A DNA stretch of 64,000 nt, from NCBI GenBank assembly GCA_025062325.1, contig JANXAL010000127.1:4358-68357 (forward strand), read 5' to 3'. Both the position numbers and the translations under genes were made by a program. This document shows, in pieces, positions 12,026 through 21,662 of the stretch; position 1 is the first letter of the stretch; the number at the start of each line of letters is the position of its first letter. The notes under the pieces were generated by a model that was not told the DNA's origin, searched no databases, and was given only the letters and a program-made list of their open reading frames with translations. Origin of the DNA: Roseiflexus sp. Lineage in GTDB: Bacteria > Chloroflexota > Chloroflexia > Chloroflexales > Roseiflexaceae.

Positions 12026-12976
12026 ATGCAAGCTCACGCATCCGCTCCCGGCAAAATCATCCTGTGCGGCGAGCACGCCGTCGTCTACGGTCGGCCCGCG
12101 ATCGCGCTTCCACTGAGTGGTATTCGCGCACGCGCCAGCGTCACCTCCGGCGCGCCGGGAATTGGCGTTCGTTTCGACGCTCCTGACCTGGAGCGGCGCT
12201 GGCTGCTCTCCACCGCTCCCAACGACCCGCTCTCGGAACTGACGCTGGCGACTCTTCAGCAACTGGGGATCGTAGAAACGCCGGACATCCAGATCACCAT
12301 TACATCGGACATCCCCATCGCCAGCGGCATGGGGAGCGGCGCCGCGATCGCAACGGCAATCGTGCGGGCGCTAGCGGCTGCGTTTGGACAGAACCTCAGC
12401 GCGGCAGAGGTTTCGGCGCTGGTGTACGAGAGTGAGCAGCGCTACCACGGCACCCCCAGCGGCATCGACAATACAGTGATCGCATATGAGCAGGCGATCT
12501 GGTTCCAGCGGCGCAGCGAGCCGCCGCACCTGATCGAGCCGCTGCCGATTGCTACGCCCTTCACGCTGCTGATCGGCGATACCGGCGTGCGCAGCGCCAC
12601 GCGCCTGCCGGTCGGCGAAGTGCGGCGGCGCTGGCAGGAAGATCCAGCATGCTACGAAGCGTTGTTCGATCAGGTAGCGGAAATCGTACACCAGGCGCGC
12701 TGCGCGTTGGCGGAAGGCGATATCGCAGCGCTGGGGCCATTGCTTGATCGCAACCAGGAATTGCTGGAACAGATCGGCGTGTCGTCGCCGGAACTCGAGC
12801 GATTGATCGCGGCTGCGCGCAGGGCGGGCGCGGCTGGCGCCAAACTCTCCGGCGGCGGATGGGGCGGCGTGATGATTGCGCTGGTTGACGCCGAAACGCT
12901 GGCGCCCGTCCGTGATGCGCTGCTGGCGGCTGGCGCTGCGCGCGTGCTGGAAACAAGCGTCAGCGCGACCGCCTGA
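12026..12976 (+). CDS. mvk: GHMP kinase, mevalonate kinase-like
   Basis: N-terminal APGKIILCGEHAVVYGRPA motif of mevalonate/phosphomevalonate kinases, GHMP ATP motif ...ASGMGSGAA..., 316 aa. Confidence 0.65.
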   Translation: MQAHASAPGKIILCGEHAVVYGRPAIALPLSGIRARASVTSGAPGIGVRFDAPDLERRWLLSTAPNDPLSELTLATLQQLGIVETPDIQITITSDIPIASGMGSGAAIATAIVRALAAAFGQNLSAAEVSALVYESEQRYHGTPSGIDNTVIAYEQAIWFQRRSEPPHLIEPLPIATPFTLLIGDTGVRSATRLPVGEVRRRWQEDPACYEALFDQVAEIVHQARCALAEGDIAALGPLLDRNQELLEQIGVSSPELERLIAAARRAGAAGAKLSGGGWGGVMIALVDAETLAPVRDALLAAGAARVLETSVSATA

Positions 12977-13005
12977 AAGCAAGCAATGTGCTATACTACA
13001 GGAAA

Positions 13006-13029
13006 CAGGCGGCACTCCGCCGCTTTTTG
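13006..13029 (+). terminator. Candidate intrinsic terminator after mvk
   Basis: ggcggcACTCCgccgc stem (5-6 bp GC) followed by TTTTTGTT, 30 nt after the mvk stop. Confidence 0.45.
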
Positions 13030-13122
13030 TTGCGAAACTATCGGTTGTGAGAGATATATGCGCTCGCTGAACAGAAGGAATCTGCCTGTTTGTTGAGCGT
13101 CTGGAAATGAGATATTGTTCCA

Positions 13123-14238
13123 ATGGCAAAGATTATGGTTGCGATGAGCGGCGGCGTCGACAGTTCCCTGGCGGCAGCGCTGCTCCACGAAGCTGGGCAC
13201 GATGTCACTGGCGTTACCCTGCATCTGTGGGAGGGCGACGACGATCGCCTTGCCGAGAGTCTCTGCTGCTCCCAGGAGATGACCGAGAGCGCACGGCGGG
13301 TGTGCGCGCAGCTCGGCATACCCTACTATGTCTTCAATTACCAGCGTGAATTCCGGCGCTATGTCATCGAATATTTTTTGCGCGAGTACGCTAGCGGCTT
13401 CACGCCTAACCCATGCCTGGAGTGCAACCGTGAAATCAAGTTCCGCGCGTTGCTGGCGCGTGCGCGCGCTCTCGGGTTCGACTATGTCGCCACCGGGCAC
13501 TATGCCCGGATTCGCGCCGATGAGATAGGAGCAGACGATCTGGCATCTCCGTCGTCGAACGGCGTACGGCGCGTTGTCTACCGCCTACTGCGCGCCGTCG
13601 ATGAGGAGAAGGATCAATCGTACATGCTCTACATGCTTGGCCAGGACGATCTGGCGCGGCTGATGTTCCCGATTGGCGAGTACACGAAGGCGGAGGTTCG
13701 CGCCATGGCTGCCGCACGGGGACTGGCAAGCGCTAACCGACCGGAAAGTCAGGACATCTGCTTCGTCCCTGGCGGCGACTACCGCAACCTGCTGCGCGAA
13801 GAGCGTCCCGATGCGCTGCGTCCCGGACCTATCCTCGACCTTGAAGGGCGCGAGATTGGCAGGCACCAGGGATTGCCGCTCTACACCATCGGGCAGCGGC
13901 GTGGTCTCGGTGTCGCCACCGGTCAGCCAATGTATGTCCTGGCCCTCGATGTGGCGCGCAACGCAGTGATTGTCGGTCCTGAGTCGGCGCTCAAGCGCAC
14001 ATCGCTGCGCGCCGAACGAGTGACGTTCGTCAGTGGCGTCTGGCCCGATGCGCCGTTCGACTGCCTGGCGCAGATCCGGGCGCACGCCGACGCGGCGCCA
14101 GCGCGGGTGACGCCGATTGAGCCGGGGAAGGTTGAGGTGCATTTCGAGCATCCGCAGCGTGCCATCACCCCAGGACAGGCCATCGTTTTCTACGATGGCG
14201 AGGTTGTGCTCGGGGGCGGACGGATAGCGCGCGACTGA
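13123..14238 (+). CDS. mnmA: tRNA-specific 2-thiouridylase MnmA
   Basis: PP-loop MSGGVDSS, C-terminal ...GQAIVFYDGEVVLGGGRI. 371 aa. Confidence 0.9.
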   Translation: MAKIMVAMSGGVDSSLAAALLHEAGHDVTGVTLHLWEGDDDRLAESLCCSQEMTESARRVCAQLGIPYYVFNYQREFRRYVIEYFLREYASGFTPNPCLECNREIKFRALLARARALGFDYVATGHYARIRADEIGADDLASPSSNGVRRVVYRLLRAVDEEKDQSYMLYMLGQDDLARLMFPIGEYTKAEVRAMAAARGLASANRPESQDICFVPGGDYRNLLREERPDALRPGPILDLEGREIGRHQGLPLYTIGQRRGLGVATGQPMYVLALDVARNAVIVGPESALKRTSLRAERVTFVSGVWPDAPFDCLAQIRAHADAAPARVTPIEPGKVEVHFEHPQRAITPGQAIVFYDGEVVLGGGRIARD

Positions 14239-14255
14239 ACGGAGATGCATGAGCG

Positions 14256-14504
14256 ATGCCGCCAGCTCTTCTGCTTATCCTGTTAATGGTCACTGCCAGC
14301 GCTGCCCTGGCACACCTCCTTTGGGGGCGTCGGTGGGTTCAAATACCGGTATTCTGGCTGGCAGCCGCCGGAGGCGCGCTCGTCGCCCTGGCAATCGACG
14401 CGCGGCTGCCGCTGCGCCTGATCACGCCAGCAGGCGTTCCTGTGCTCGAAACTACGCTCGGCGCCTGGGTGCTGCTGATCGTTGCCTCACGATTGCGCCT
14501 GTGA
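14256..14504 (+). CDS. Small hypothetical membrane protein (82 aa, 2-3 TM)
   Basis: Hydrophobic ORF directly after mnmA, GGAGA SD ~10 nt upstream of the ATG. No recognisable family. Confidence 0.35.
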   Translation: MPPALLLILLMVTASAALAHLLWGRRWVQIPVFWLAAAGGALVALAIDARLPLRLITPAGVPVLETTLGAWVLLIVASRLRL

Positions 14505-14565
14505 TATAATCAGCGCCGCTCCGCGGCATCCGAGTGGCTGCCGCGCCTGGAAGAAGGAGATGCGC

Positions 14566-15010
14566 TGTGGGGAAATGGATCGGCATTGGACTGACCATTG
14601 TGCTGCTGATCGCTGTCGGGTTCATTGTCGGCGCGTATCTGTCCCCTGATTTTCGTGTCGCCTCACGCGACATCGCTATTGTCGTTCTGGCAGTGTTTCA
14701 GATCATCTCGGCGCTGATTTTGATAGCTCTGCTGCTGGTGCTGGTCTATGCCGTGCGCACCCTGACCCGCGTGTCACGAACGACCCTGATCCCGAAACTG
14801 GAGGAGGTGTCGGCGAAACTCGATCAAGTGCTGGAACAGGGGCGCGGTGTGGCAGCAAACCTGCGCGATACCACCAGTACGGTAAGCGGGACGACATCAT
14901 TCCTGGCGGATCGCGCGATTGCGCCGGTTATTCGCGTATCCGGTCTCATGGCAGGCGTGCGCGCCGCCGCTGCATATCTGGCCAGGCGCAACAATGATCA
15001 GACGTCCTAG
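14566..15010 (+). CDS. Hypothetical membrane protein, DUF948-like (N-terminal TM + coiled-coil)
   Basis: GTG start at 14566 with AGGAGA SD 6 nt upstream. One N-terminal TM (WIGIGLTIVLLIAVGFIVGAYL) followed by a helical region. Confidence 0.45.
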
Positions 15011-15056
15011 CGCATCTGCGAGAAGATACCCAGTGATTGGCGGTACTGGCGCGCTA

Positions 15057-15085
15057 TTGTCGTTCACTACGCTCCGTGGTATTAT
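15057..15085 (+). promoter_or_regulatory. Sigma-70-like promoter TTGTCG-17-TATTAT
   Basis: ttgtcg (15057-15062), 17-nt spacer, tattat (15080-15085), positioned ~20 nt upstream of the DUF1385 ORF. Confidence 0.45.
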
Positions 15086-15106
15086 ACGTCAATAGACGGT
15101 GGGGTA

Positions 15107-16093
15107 TTGGCGATTGTGGGTCAGAAGCTGGCTCGTGGATGCGAGTTGGAAATGGGTAAGCGATCATTTTCTTATGGCGGTCAGGCTGTTCTGGAAGGGG
15201 TGATGATGCGCGGCTTGCGTCAGGCGACCGTTGCCGTGCGCACGTCATCAGGCGAGATTGTCTTTCACCACGAAGCGTTGAACGTCGCGCGCCGCCGCAT
15301 GTGGGAAATGCTGCCCTTTCTGCGCGGCATCTTCATGCTCTGGGATACGCTCAGTCTCGGCATTCGCGCGCTTAACTTCTCTGCAAGCGCTGCGCTTGGG
15401 AAAGAAGCACAGCAGCAATCGAAAGGCGCCATTGCGCTAACGCTCATCATATCACTGGCGTTCGCATTCGGATTGTTCTTTGTCACGCCACTCCTGATCG
15501 CCAGTCTGCTCGAGCATGTGGGAGCGACGCCGCTCATGCGCGATGCGGCGGAAGGGTTTATCCAACTCGGCATCTTGATTGGCTACTTGATAGTTATCGG
15601 GCGGATGCCGGATATTCAGCGCACCTTCGGGTACCATGGCGCCGAGCATAAGACCATCAATGCCTACGAGGCTGGCGCACCGTTGACAATCGAAGCGGTG
15701 CGCTCGTTCTCTCTGCTGCATCCCCGCTGCGGCACAAGTTTCTTGCTGGTCGTTGTTGTGCTGAGCATCCCGTTCTTTGCGCTCTTCAGCGGTTTACCGC
15801 TCGGCGAACGCTTGCTCTCGCGCATCTTGTTGGTACCGGTCATTGCAGCGGTTTCGTATGAACTGCTGCGCCTGTCGGCTGCACACTTTCACCGGGGTTG
15901 GGTGCGGCGCTTGATGGCCCCATCACTGGCACTGCAGCGCCTAACAACCCGTGAACCTGATGATACAATGATAGCTGTGGCAATTGCTGCCCTGATACCG
16001 GTGCTTGCCGCCGACGGCGTCGTTCCTGAAACGTTCGATGCATCGCTGGCGCACGGTGTAGCGCGGTCGCACGCCGATGCCGCGCTCGCATAA
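15107..16093 (+). CDS. DUF1385 family protein (membrane-anchored metal-dependent hydrolase-like)
   Basis: RSFSYGGQAVLEGVMMRG...HGAEHKTINAYE motifs characteristic of DUF1385 (YqhQ-like). TTG start at 15107, alternative ATG at 15152. Confidence 0.6.
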   Translation: MAIVGQKLARGCELEMGKRSFSYGGQAVLEGVMMRGLRQATVAVRTSSGEIVFHHEALNVARRRMWEMLPFLRGIFMLWDTLSLGIRALNFSASAALGKEAQQQSKGAIALTLIISLAFAFGLFFVTPLLIASLLEHVGATPLMRDAAEGFIQLGILIGYLIVIGRMPDIQRTFGYHGAEHKTINAYEAGAPLTIEAVRSFSLLHPRCGTSFLLVVVVLSIPFFALFSGLPLGERLLSRILLVPVIAAVSYELLRLSAAHFHRGWVRRLMAPSLALQRLTTREPDDTMIAVAIAALIPVLAADGVVPETFDASLAHGVARSHADAALA

Positions 16094-16122
16094 CCCTCGC
16101 ATTGTGCGAGTGGAGGAGATCC

Positions 16123-16944
16123 ATGCCACTGGTCGGTAATATCCGTGATTTTGGACTTTCGGACTTTCTATACCTCGTTGATCGGGGCTACAAGACGGGG
16201 TGCCTGCATCTGAGCCGCGCCGATGAAATGGCATCGCTGTACTTTGATAAGGGGAAACTGATCACAGCAACCCGCAAGGACGATAATGTTCCGGTCACTG
16301 AGCTGCTTGTTCGCAAAGGAAAATTGACCCCGGTGCAGGCAGCGCAGGCAACGCAGGTGCATCAGAGTCAGAACGGCGTCACCCTGTCGCAGGTGCTACT
16401 TAACTTAGAGTTGATCGGACGCGATGAATTGCAGCGCGTCCTGCAACAGCATATCGAAGAAGCAGTGTACGCGCTGTTTAGTTGGAATGAGGGGGAATTT
16501 CGCTTCGAACAGGGTCAACGCCCCGATCCAACCGCACCAATTATGCCGACGCCTCTGGCAGTCGAGCATCTGATCATGGAGGGGGTGCGGCGCATCGATG
16601 AGTGGGGTCGGATTAGGGATCGCATTCCGAGCACCGATATGGTCGTGAAGTTCATTGAGCAACCTGTCGAGCGCACGAAAGGGATTAACCTTGCTGCTGA
16701 CGAGTGGCGCGTGTTTGCACGGATCAATGGGAAAGACACCCTGGCGGAGATTGCCCGAAAGACAGGAATGAGCGAGTTTGAGGTCTGTCGCATCGTCTAT
16801 GGCTTCCTGACCGCCGGGTTGGTCGATGTCATTCGCAAGCCGGCGCCGGTGCCGATGCTGGCCACGGGCCGACCCCTGGCCGAGGCGCCACGTGTTAAGA
16901 AGAGCCTGGTGACCCGCATTATCAATCGCATTCGTGGTATGTAA
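16123..16944 (+). CDS. DUF4388 domain protein
   Basis: N-terminal GNIRDFGLSDFLYLVDRGYKTGCLHLS... matches the DUF4388 (PATAN-like) signature. GAGGAG SD. 26 nt upstream of an MglA-like GTPase gene. Confidence 0.6.
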   Translation: MPLVGNIRDFGLSDFLYLVDRGYKTGCLHLSRADEMASLYFDKGKLITATRKDDNVPVTELLVRKGKLTPVQAAQATQVHQSQNGVTLSQVLLNLELIGRDELQRVLQQHIEEAVYALFSWNEGEFRFEQGQRPDPTAPIMPTPLAVEHLIMEGVRRIDEWGRIRDRIPSTDMVVKFIEQPVERTKGINLAADEWRVFARINGKDTLAEIARKTGMSEFEVCRIVYGFLTAGLVDVIRKPAPVPMLATGRPLAEAPRVKKSLVTRIINRIRGM

Positions 16945-16970
16945 CGGCGCAGTCAGCACGGAGGACCGGT

Positions 16971-17501
16971 GTGCAGACGGTAAAAATGGTCATCAGCGGC
17001 GCAGTTAACGCCGGTAAAACCGAGTTTATCAAGACGATTAGCGAAATCGAAGTGGTTTCGACCGAGCGTCCCGCAACGGACGATACTCGACTGATCAAGA
17101 AAGAAACCACGGTTGCAATGGACTTCGGGCGCATTGCAATCGGCGATGATTTGGTGCTGCATCTGTTCGGCACGCCAGGGCAGAAGCGCTTCGATTTTAT
17201 GTGGGAGATCCTCTCGGAAGGGATGCTGGGGCTCGTCATTCTCGTCGATAGTACGCGCCCTGAGACGTTTCGGGAGACGAATCGCATCATCGACTTCTTC
17301 ATGTCGTACCGCGAGACCCCTTATGTGGTGGCAGCCAATAAGCAGGATCGCCCGAACGCCTGGTCGCCAGAAGAGTTGCGGCTGGCGCTGCGCCTGCCTT
17401 CCCATATCAAAGTGCTGCCTTGCATGGCAACTGATCGCGAGAGCGTTAAGAATGTGCTGCTTGAGCTGCTCGATGTGATCATGCAACGCAGTGAGGATTA
17501 G
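16971..17501 (+). CDS. MglA-family Ras-like small GTPase
   Basis: P-loop GAVNAGKT. Switch/G3 region DFGRIAIGDDLVLHLFGTPGQKRF closely parallels M. xanthus MglA ([26 protein letters not shown]). G4 ANKQDRPNA matches MglA YNKRDLPNA. 176 aa. Confidence 0.75.
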   Translation: MQTVKMVISGAVNAGKTEFIKTISEIEVVSTERPATDDTRLIKKETTVAMDFGRIAIGDDLVLHLFGTPGQKRFDFMWEILSEGMLGLVILVDSTRPETFRETNRIIDFFMSYRETPYVVAANKQDRPNAWSPEELRLALRLPSHIKVLPCMATDRESVKNVLLELLDVIMQRSED

Positions 17502-17591
17502 ACGCATCCGAATGTATCGGCGGCGAGAGGGTAGGTCTCAGACTATTCGCTCGCTATTCCTTCTTCCAATGTGGCAGATATTAGCAGTGAC

Positions 17592-17627
17592 GGCGCAAGG
17601 GCGGGGTTTGAGACCCGCCCTTGCGCC
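17592..17627 (+). terminator. Perfect 14-bp stem-loop downstream of the MglA-like gene (terminator/attenuator candidate)
   Basis: ggcgcaagggcggg-gtttgaga-cccgcccttgcgcc, 90 nt past the stop. No U-tract, so could be a processing or regulatory hairpin instead. Confidence 0.4.
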
Positions 17628-17795
17628 ATTCTGGGATACGCGGCAGCAGACGTAGTGTTGGCGTGAACCGCATCGCGCGCTGCTGTATTTGGGCTTGACC
17701 GCTTTCTGTCAATGTCTAGCGTTCGACAGGCGTAACCGTCACTGTTATCATAAAGGCCTGACACGCTTTCCTGAAACCATCGGAGATGTACTGGC

Positions 17796-18722
17796 ATGAC
17801 CGATGCCCATTATGGCTTACCGGAGAGCATTGCGCTGGTTGATGATCTTCATCTTGGTCGTCCACGGATCGTTGGCACGTATGTGATATTGGGAGATGAC
17901 CCGGTCATTATCGATCCCGGTCCTACCAGTGCGCTGCCCAATCTTGAAGCTGGTCTGAAACAGATTGGTCTATCGTTCAGTGATTTGCATGGCATTGCGC
18001 TGTCGCACATCCATCTGGATCATGCCGGTGCAACCGGGTCGTTGGTGCGCTATTTTCCGCACTTGAAGGTGTACGTCCATCATCGCGGCGCCCCCCACAT
18101 GATTGCGCCCGATAAGTTGCTGCGCAGCGCCACGCGCATTTATGGCGGTCAGATGGATTATCTATGGGGCGAATTTTTGCCTGTGCCGGCAGACAATATC
18201 GTGACCCTTGGAGGCGGCGAGGCGCTTCGCGTTGGCGGGCGCACACTGCGGGTCTTCGACGCCCCTGGTCACGCCTCGCACCACCTGATCTACCTCGATG
18301 AGTCAACAGGCGCGGCATTTGTGGGCGATACCACCGGTTTGCGGATGCCTGGATATAGGTATGTGCGTCCTGCGACGCCGCCGCCGGATATCGACCTGGA
18401 AGCATGGCGATGCACGCTGGATATGTTGCTCAGTCTCAAGCCACGTATGTTGCTGCTGACCCATTTCGGTCCGGCGCACGACCCGGAGCAACATATCGCT
18501 CATATGTGGGAAAACACGCAAAAGTGGGCTGAGACGGTTCGCATTAGTCTCGAGCGCAGCGAGGACGAGTCTGCCGCGGCAGCTCGTCTCGTGGCTCTGG
18601 CAGAGGCGGAACTGGAAGCTATGGACGAGGCGACGCGCCAGCAGTATGAGCAGGCGGGCGCCGTTGAGATAAGCTGGCACGGCTTGGCGCGCTACTGGCG
18701 GAAGAAGATGGAGTCGTCGTAG
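17796..18722 (+). CDS. MBL-fold metallo-hydrolase
   Basis: HxHxDH motif (SHIHLDHAGATG), downstream His/Asp ligands, GGAG SD. Confidence 0.75.
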   Translation: MTDAHYGLPESIALVDDLHLGRPRIVGTYVILGDDPVIIDPGPTSALPNLEAGLKQIGLSFSDLHGIALSHIHLDHAGATGSLVRYFPHLKVYVHHRGAPHMIAPDKLLRSATRIYGGQMDYLWGEFLPVPADNIVTLGGGEALRVGGRTLRVFDAPGHASHHLIYLDESTGAAFVGDTTGLRMPGYRYVRPATPPPDIDLEAWRCTLDMLLSLKPRMLLLTHFGPAHDPEQHIAHMWENTQKWAETVRISLERSEDESAAAARLVALAEAELEAMDEATRQQYEQAGAVEISWHGLARYWRKKMESS

Positions 18723-19073
18723 TCTTCGGTATTCGCTGGCGTCTTTGAGCCCTTGAGTCCGCCTTCCTCGACGCATCCGGTGTGATAGAACACGGATTCG
18801 GACGGATTGAGACGGATTCGAGCGAACTGGATAATGCACCCCGTCGCACTAGCAGGCAGGCGCTCTTTGCCCTGTCTGTTCGCGCCTAAGCCATCTGCTC
18901 CGCATGGGCGGTCTCGCTGTTCGGGTGTGCATCGGTTGCCTGAATTCGGCCGTCTCACTGGAAACCCGTTCACTGGACAGACTCGGAGCTTCACTGGTAC
19001 TGTCGGATCGCTTCATTACCGCCAGAACGTTCGATGCGGCGCAGACCTGCGGGTGATAGCGTGACGCGGCGCA

Positions 19074-19766
19074 ATGGTGTATCCTGCCGATAGGAGAGAT
19101 TGCGTCGAGAATGCTATGTCACTCGCACTATTACTTGACTCCCTCCTGAGCCTGTTGCTGCCCGACCGCTGTGCCGGATGCGGTCGATTGGGGGCGTTGC
19201 TCTGCGACGAGTGCCGTCATCGGCTCGTCGTGTATGATGAGGCTCTGCCGCGCGTCGCCGATCAGTTGACGGGTGTGCGTATCGCATATGTATTTGAGGG
19301 TCCGCTGCGCCACGCGCTGCACCAGCTTAAGTACCGCCGTCGGCGGCGCGTGGCGCGTCCGCTGGGGACACTGATGGCATCACATCTGCACACGCACCCG
19401 CTCCCGTGTGATGCGCTCATCCCTGTGCCGCTTCATCAAAAGCGCCTGAAAGAACGCGGCTTCAATCAAGCGGAATTGCTAGCGCGCGAAGTCGCCAGGG
19501 CAACCGGTTTCCCGCTGGTGGTAGGACCGCTGGTACGGATCAGGGCGACTCGACAGCAGGCGCTGCTGGGTGTGGCGGAGCGTATCGAGAACGTGGCGGA
19601 TGCGTTTGTGTGGAAAGGTCCGGCGCCGCCAGCGCGTATTGTGCTGGTCGATGATGTTCTGACCACCGGCGCGACGGTCAATGCCTGCGCGGCAGCGTTG
19701 CGTGCTGGCGGCGCGCGCGAGGTATACGCGCTGGCACTGGCGCGCAGCCGGGGACACATGCCTTGA
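19074..19766 (+). CDS. ComF/GntX-family phosphoribosyltransferase-domain protein
   Basis: N-terminal CxxC-x7-CxxC zinc finger (CAGCG...CDEC), C-terminal PRTase motif VLVDDVLTTGATV. Start uncertain (ATG 19074 without SD, or ATG 19116). Confidence 0.7.
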   Translation: MVYPADRRDCVENAMSLALLLDSLLSLLLPDRCAGCGRLGALLCDECRHRLVVYDEALPRVADQLTGVRIAYVFEGPLRHALHQLKYRRRRRVARPLGTLMASHLHTHPLPCDALIPVPLHQKRLKERGFNQAELLAREVARATGFPLVVGPLVRIRATRQQALLGVAERIENVADAFVWKGPAPPARIVLVDDVLTTGATVNACAAALRAGGAREVYALALARSRGHMP

Positions 19767-20166
19767 TTGCTGCGCCGAGACCGCTCTCGCCTATGTAAAT
19801 GGCTCAAATATGCGTCAGTGAGTAGCGGACGGGCGCGCTCCCGCGTGGGTCCGGGTCCCATCCCGCCGCCGGGACTGCCGCTGGTCGTCTTACTGCCGGG
19901 ATCTCCGCTGCCAATCCCCAGACTTGCGCTTCGCTGTCTATCTGCCAATGACGGTAGGGTGACGCTGATACGCCGCTCGATATCCTGGCGGAGGAGCGGT
20001 GCGGGGGCGCGGTTAGGCGAATGCGGCAGCGAGGAAGCGCACGTGTCAGCGAATACACGAATGCTGCAACGAATAAATTACGGTGGCGAACAAACGAAGG
20101 CGGCGACGTATATGCCAATGTATTGACGGATAAGCGATTGAGTCGGCGAATAAGCGAATGGTGACC

Positions 20167-20194
20167 GTTGAACGTTCAACGTTGAACGTTCAAC
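20167..20194. promoter_or_regulatory. Two tandem copies of the 14-bp palindrome GTTGAACGTTCAAC
   Basis: gttgaacgttcaac x2 at 20167-20194, 17 nt downstream of the cpaF stop in the cpaF/comF convergent region. Related TTGAACGTT motifs recur at ~11262 and ~29186. Confidence 0.4.
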
Positions 20195-20210
20195 GCTTGA
20201 CCCTGCCTCA

Positions 20211-21647
20211 TCACCACGATCGTTTCTGCCCCGGAACCGTTGCGCCAAAGATCGATGGCGGCAGTTTGAAGCCATGCGCTTCAAGGCGCGGGGTGAAACG
20301 CGGTCGTGTGCCCGTGGGACGCAACTCGCTAATGATCTTGCCTTCGGGAGTTTTGCCAAGAATGTGAAGCACGAAGATGTCCTGCAACACGACGACATCG
20401 CCCTCCATCCCCTGTACCTCAGTAATGTAGGCAATTTTGCGACTGCCGTCTTCCAGACGCGTCTGCTGCACGATCAGGTCAATGGCAGACGCAATCTGCT
20501 CGCGGATCACCCGCAGCGGTATGTCCATGCCTGCCATCATCGCCATTGTTTCCATACGCGCGATAGCGTCGCGCGGCGAGTTGGCGTGGAGAGTCGAAAG
20601 CGATCCGTCGTGGCCAGTGTTCATCGCCTGGAGCATCGCCATGGTTTCGCCGCCGCGACACTCGCCGATGACAATCCGCTCGGGACGCATACGCAGTGCA
20701 TTGATCACCAGATCGTTGATGGTTACGCGACCGGTGCCGTCGATCTCCGGCGGCTTCGACTCGAGTCGCACGACATGCTCCTGCGCAAGTTTCAGTTCAG
20801 CGCTGTCTTCAATAGTGACAATCCGCTCGTCGGGCGGAATAAAGTTTGACAGTACGTTGAGCAGAGTCGTCTTACCGGAACCGGTGCCGCCAGAGACAAT
20901 AATATTCAGGCGGCTGACGACGCATGCGCGCAGGAACTCCGCCATTTCGGGCGTCATCGAGCCAAAGCGGATCAGATCCTCGACAGTTAATTTTTTCTTG
21001 GCAAACTTGCGGATCGTAATCGACGGCCCATCAATAGCGCACGGCGGGATGATAGCATTCACACGCGAACCATCGGGAAGGCGCGCGTCAACCATTGGCC
21101 ATTTGCGGTCGATGCGTCGTCCCAGCGGGCGGATGATGCGGTCAATAACCTTCAGCACGTGCTCATCGTTAGCGAACCGCACCGACGTTAGCGTGATCTT
21201 GCCTTTTTGCTCAACATACACTGCACGCGGTCCGTTCACCATCACCTCGGTAATGCTGTCGTCGCGGAGCAGCGGCTCGATGGGGCCAAAACCGAACAAC
21301 TCGTCCATCACCATATCGTAGAGTTGCCGGGTCTGCTCATCGGTTAGATTGACGCCGCTCTGCCGGTAGGCAAGGGTGAACTTTTCTTGCAGTTGACGCT
21401 CCATCTCGGGGGAGCGCTTGAGTTCCTGCTGATTGCCGAGCGAACTGAGAATACGGTCAACTATCCACAGGGATAATTCCAGCATTCGCTGCTGCGATAT
21501 CTCGCTGCCAGCAGTGACGGTCGGTTGTCCTGTCCGCGGCGCTGGCCCATGGTCGGCTGCCCCAGATGGCGCCGGAGCGCTGGCTGGCGCGACGGGTTCG
21601 GATGCTGGCTGCGGTTGCGGTCCGCCTATTCGCTTCAGTAACGACAT
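20211..21647 (-). CDS. cpaF: CpaF/TadA-family type II/IV secretion ATPase
   Basis: Walker A GGTGSGKTT, Asp box, His box, TadA/CpaF N-terminal domain. 478 aa. Confidence 0.85.
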   Translation of the reverse strand: MSLLKRIGGPQPQPASEPVAPASAPAPSGAADHGPAPRTGQPTVTAGSEISQQRMLELSLWIVDRILSSLGNQQELKRSPEMERQLQEKFTLAYRQSGVNLTDEQTRQLYDMVMDELFGFGPIEPLLRDDSITEVMVNGPRAVYVEQKGKITLTSVRFANDEHVLKVIDRIIRPLGRRIDRKWPMVDARLPDGSRVNAIIPPCAIDGPSITIRKFAKKKLTVEDLIRFGSMTPEMAEFLRACVVSRLNIIVSGGTGSGKTTLLNVLSNFIPPDERIVTIEDSAELKLAQEHVVRLESKPPEIDGTGRVTINDLVINALRMRPERIVIGECRGGETMAMLQAMNTGHDGSLSTLHANSPRDAIARMETMAMMAGMDIPLRVIREQIASAIDLIVQQTRLEDGSRKIAYITEVQGMEGDVVVLQDIFVLHILGKTPEGKIISELRPTGTRPRFTPRLEAHGFKLPPSIFGATVPGQKRSW

Positions 21648-21662
21648 AGTTCTGCTCCGACG

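Noticed and set aside
15152-16093. Alternative ATG start for the DUF1385 gene
   Set aside because: Not rejected outright. The TTG at 15107 was kept as the track start because the sigma-70-like promoter lies just upstream, but the conserved domain begins near 15152, so either start is possible.
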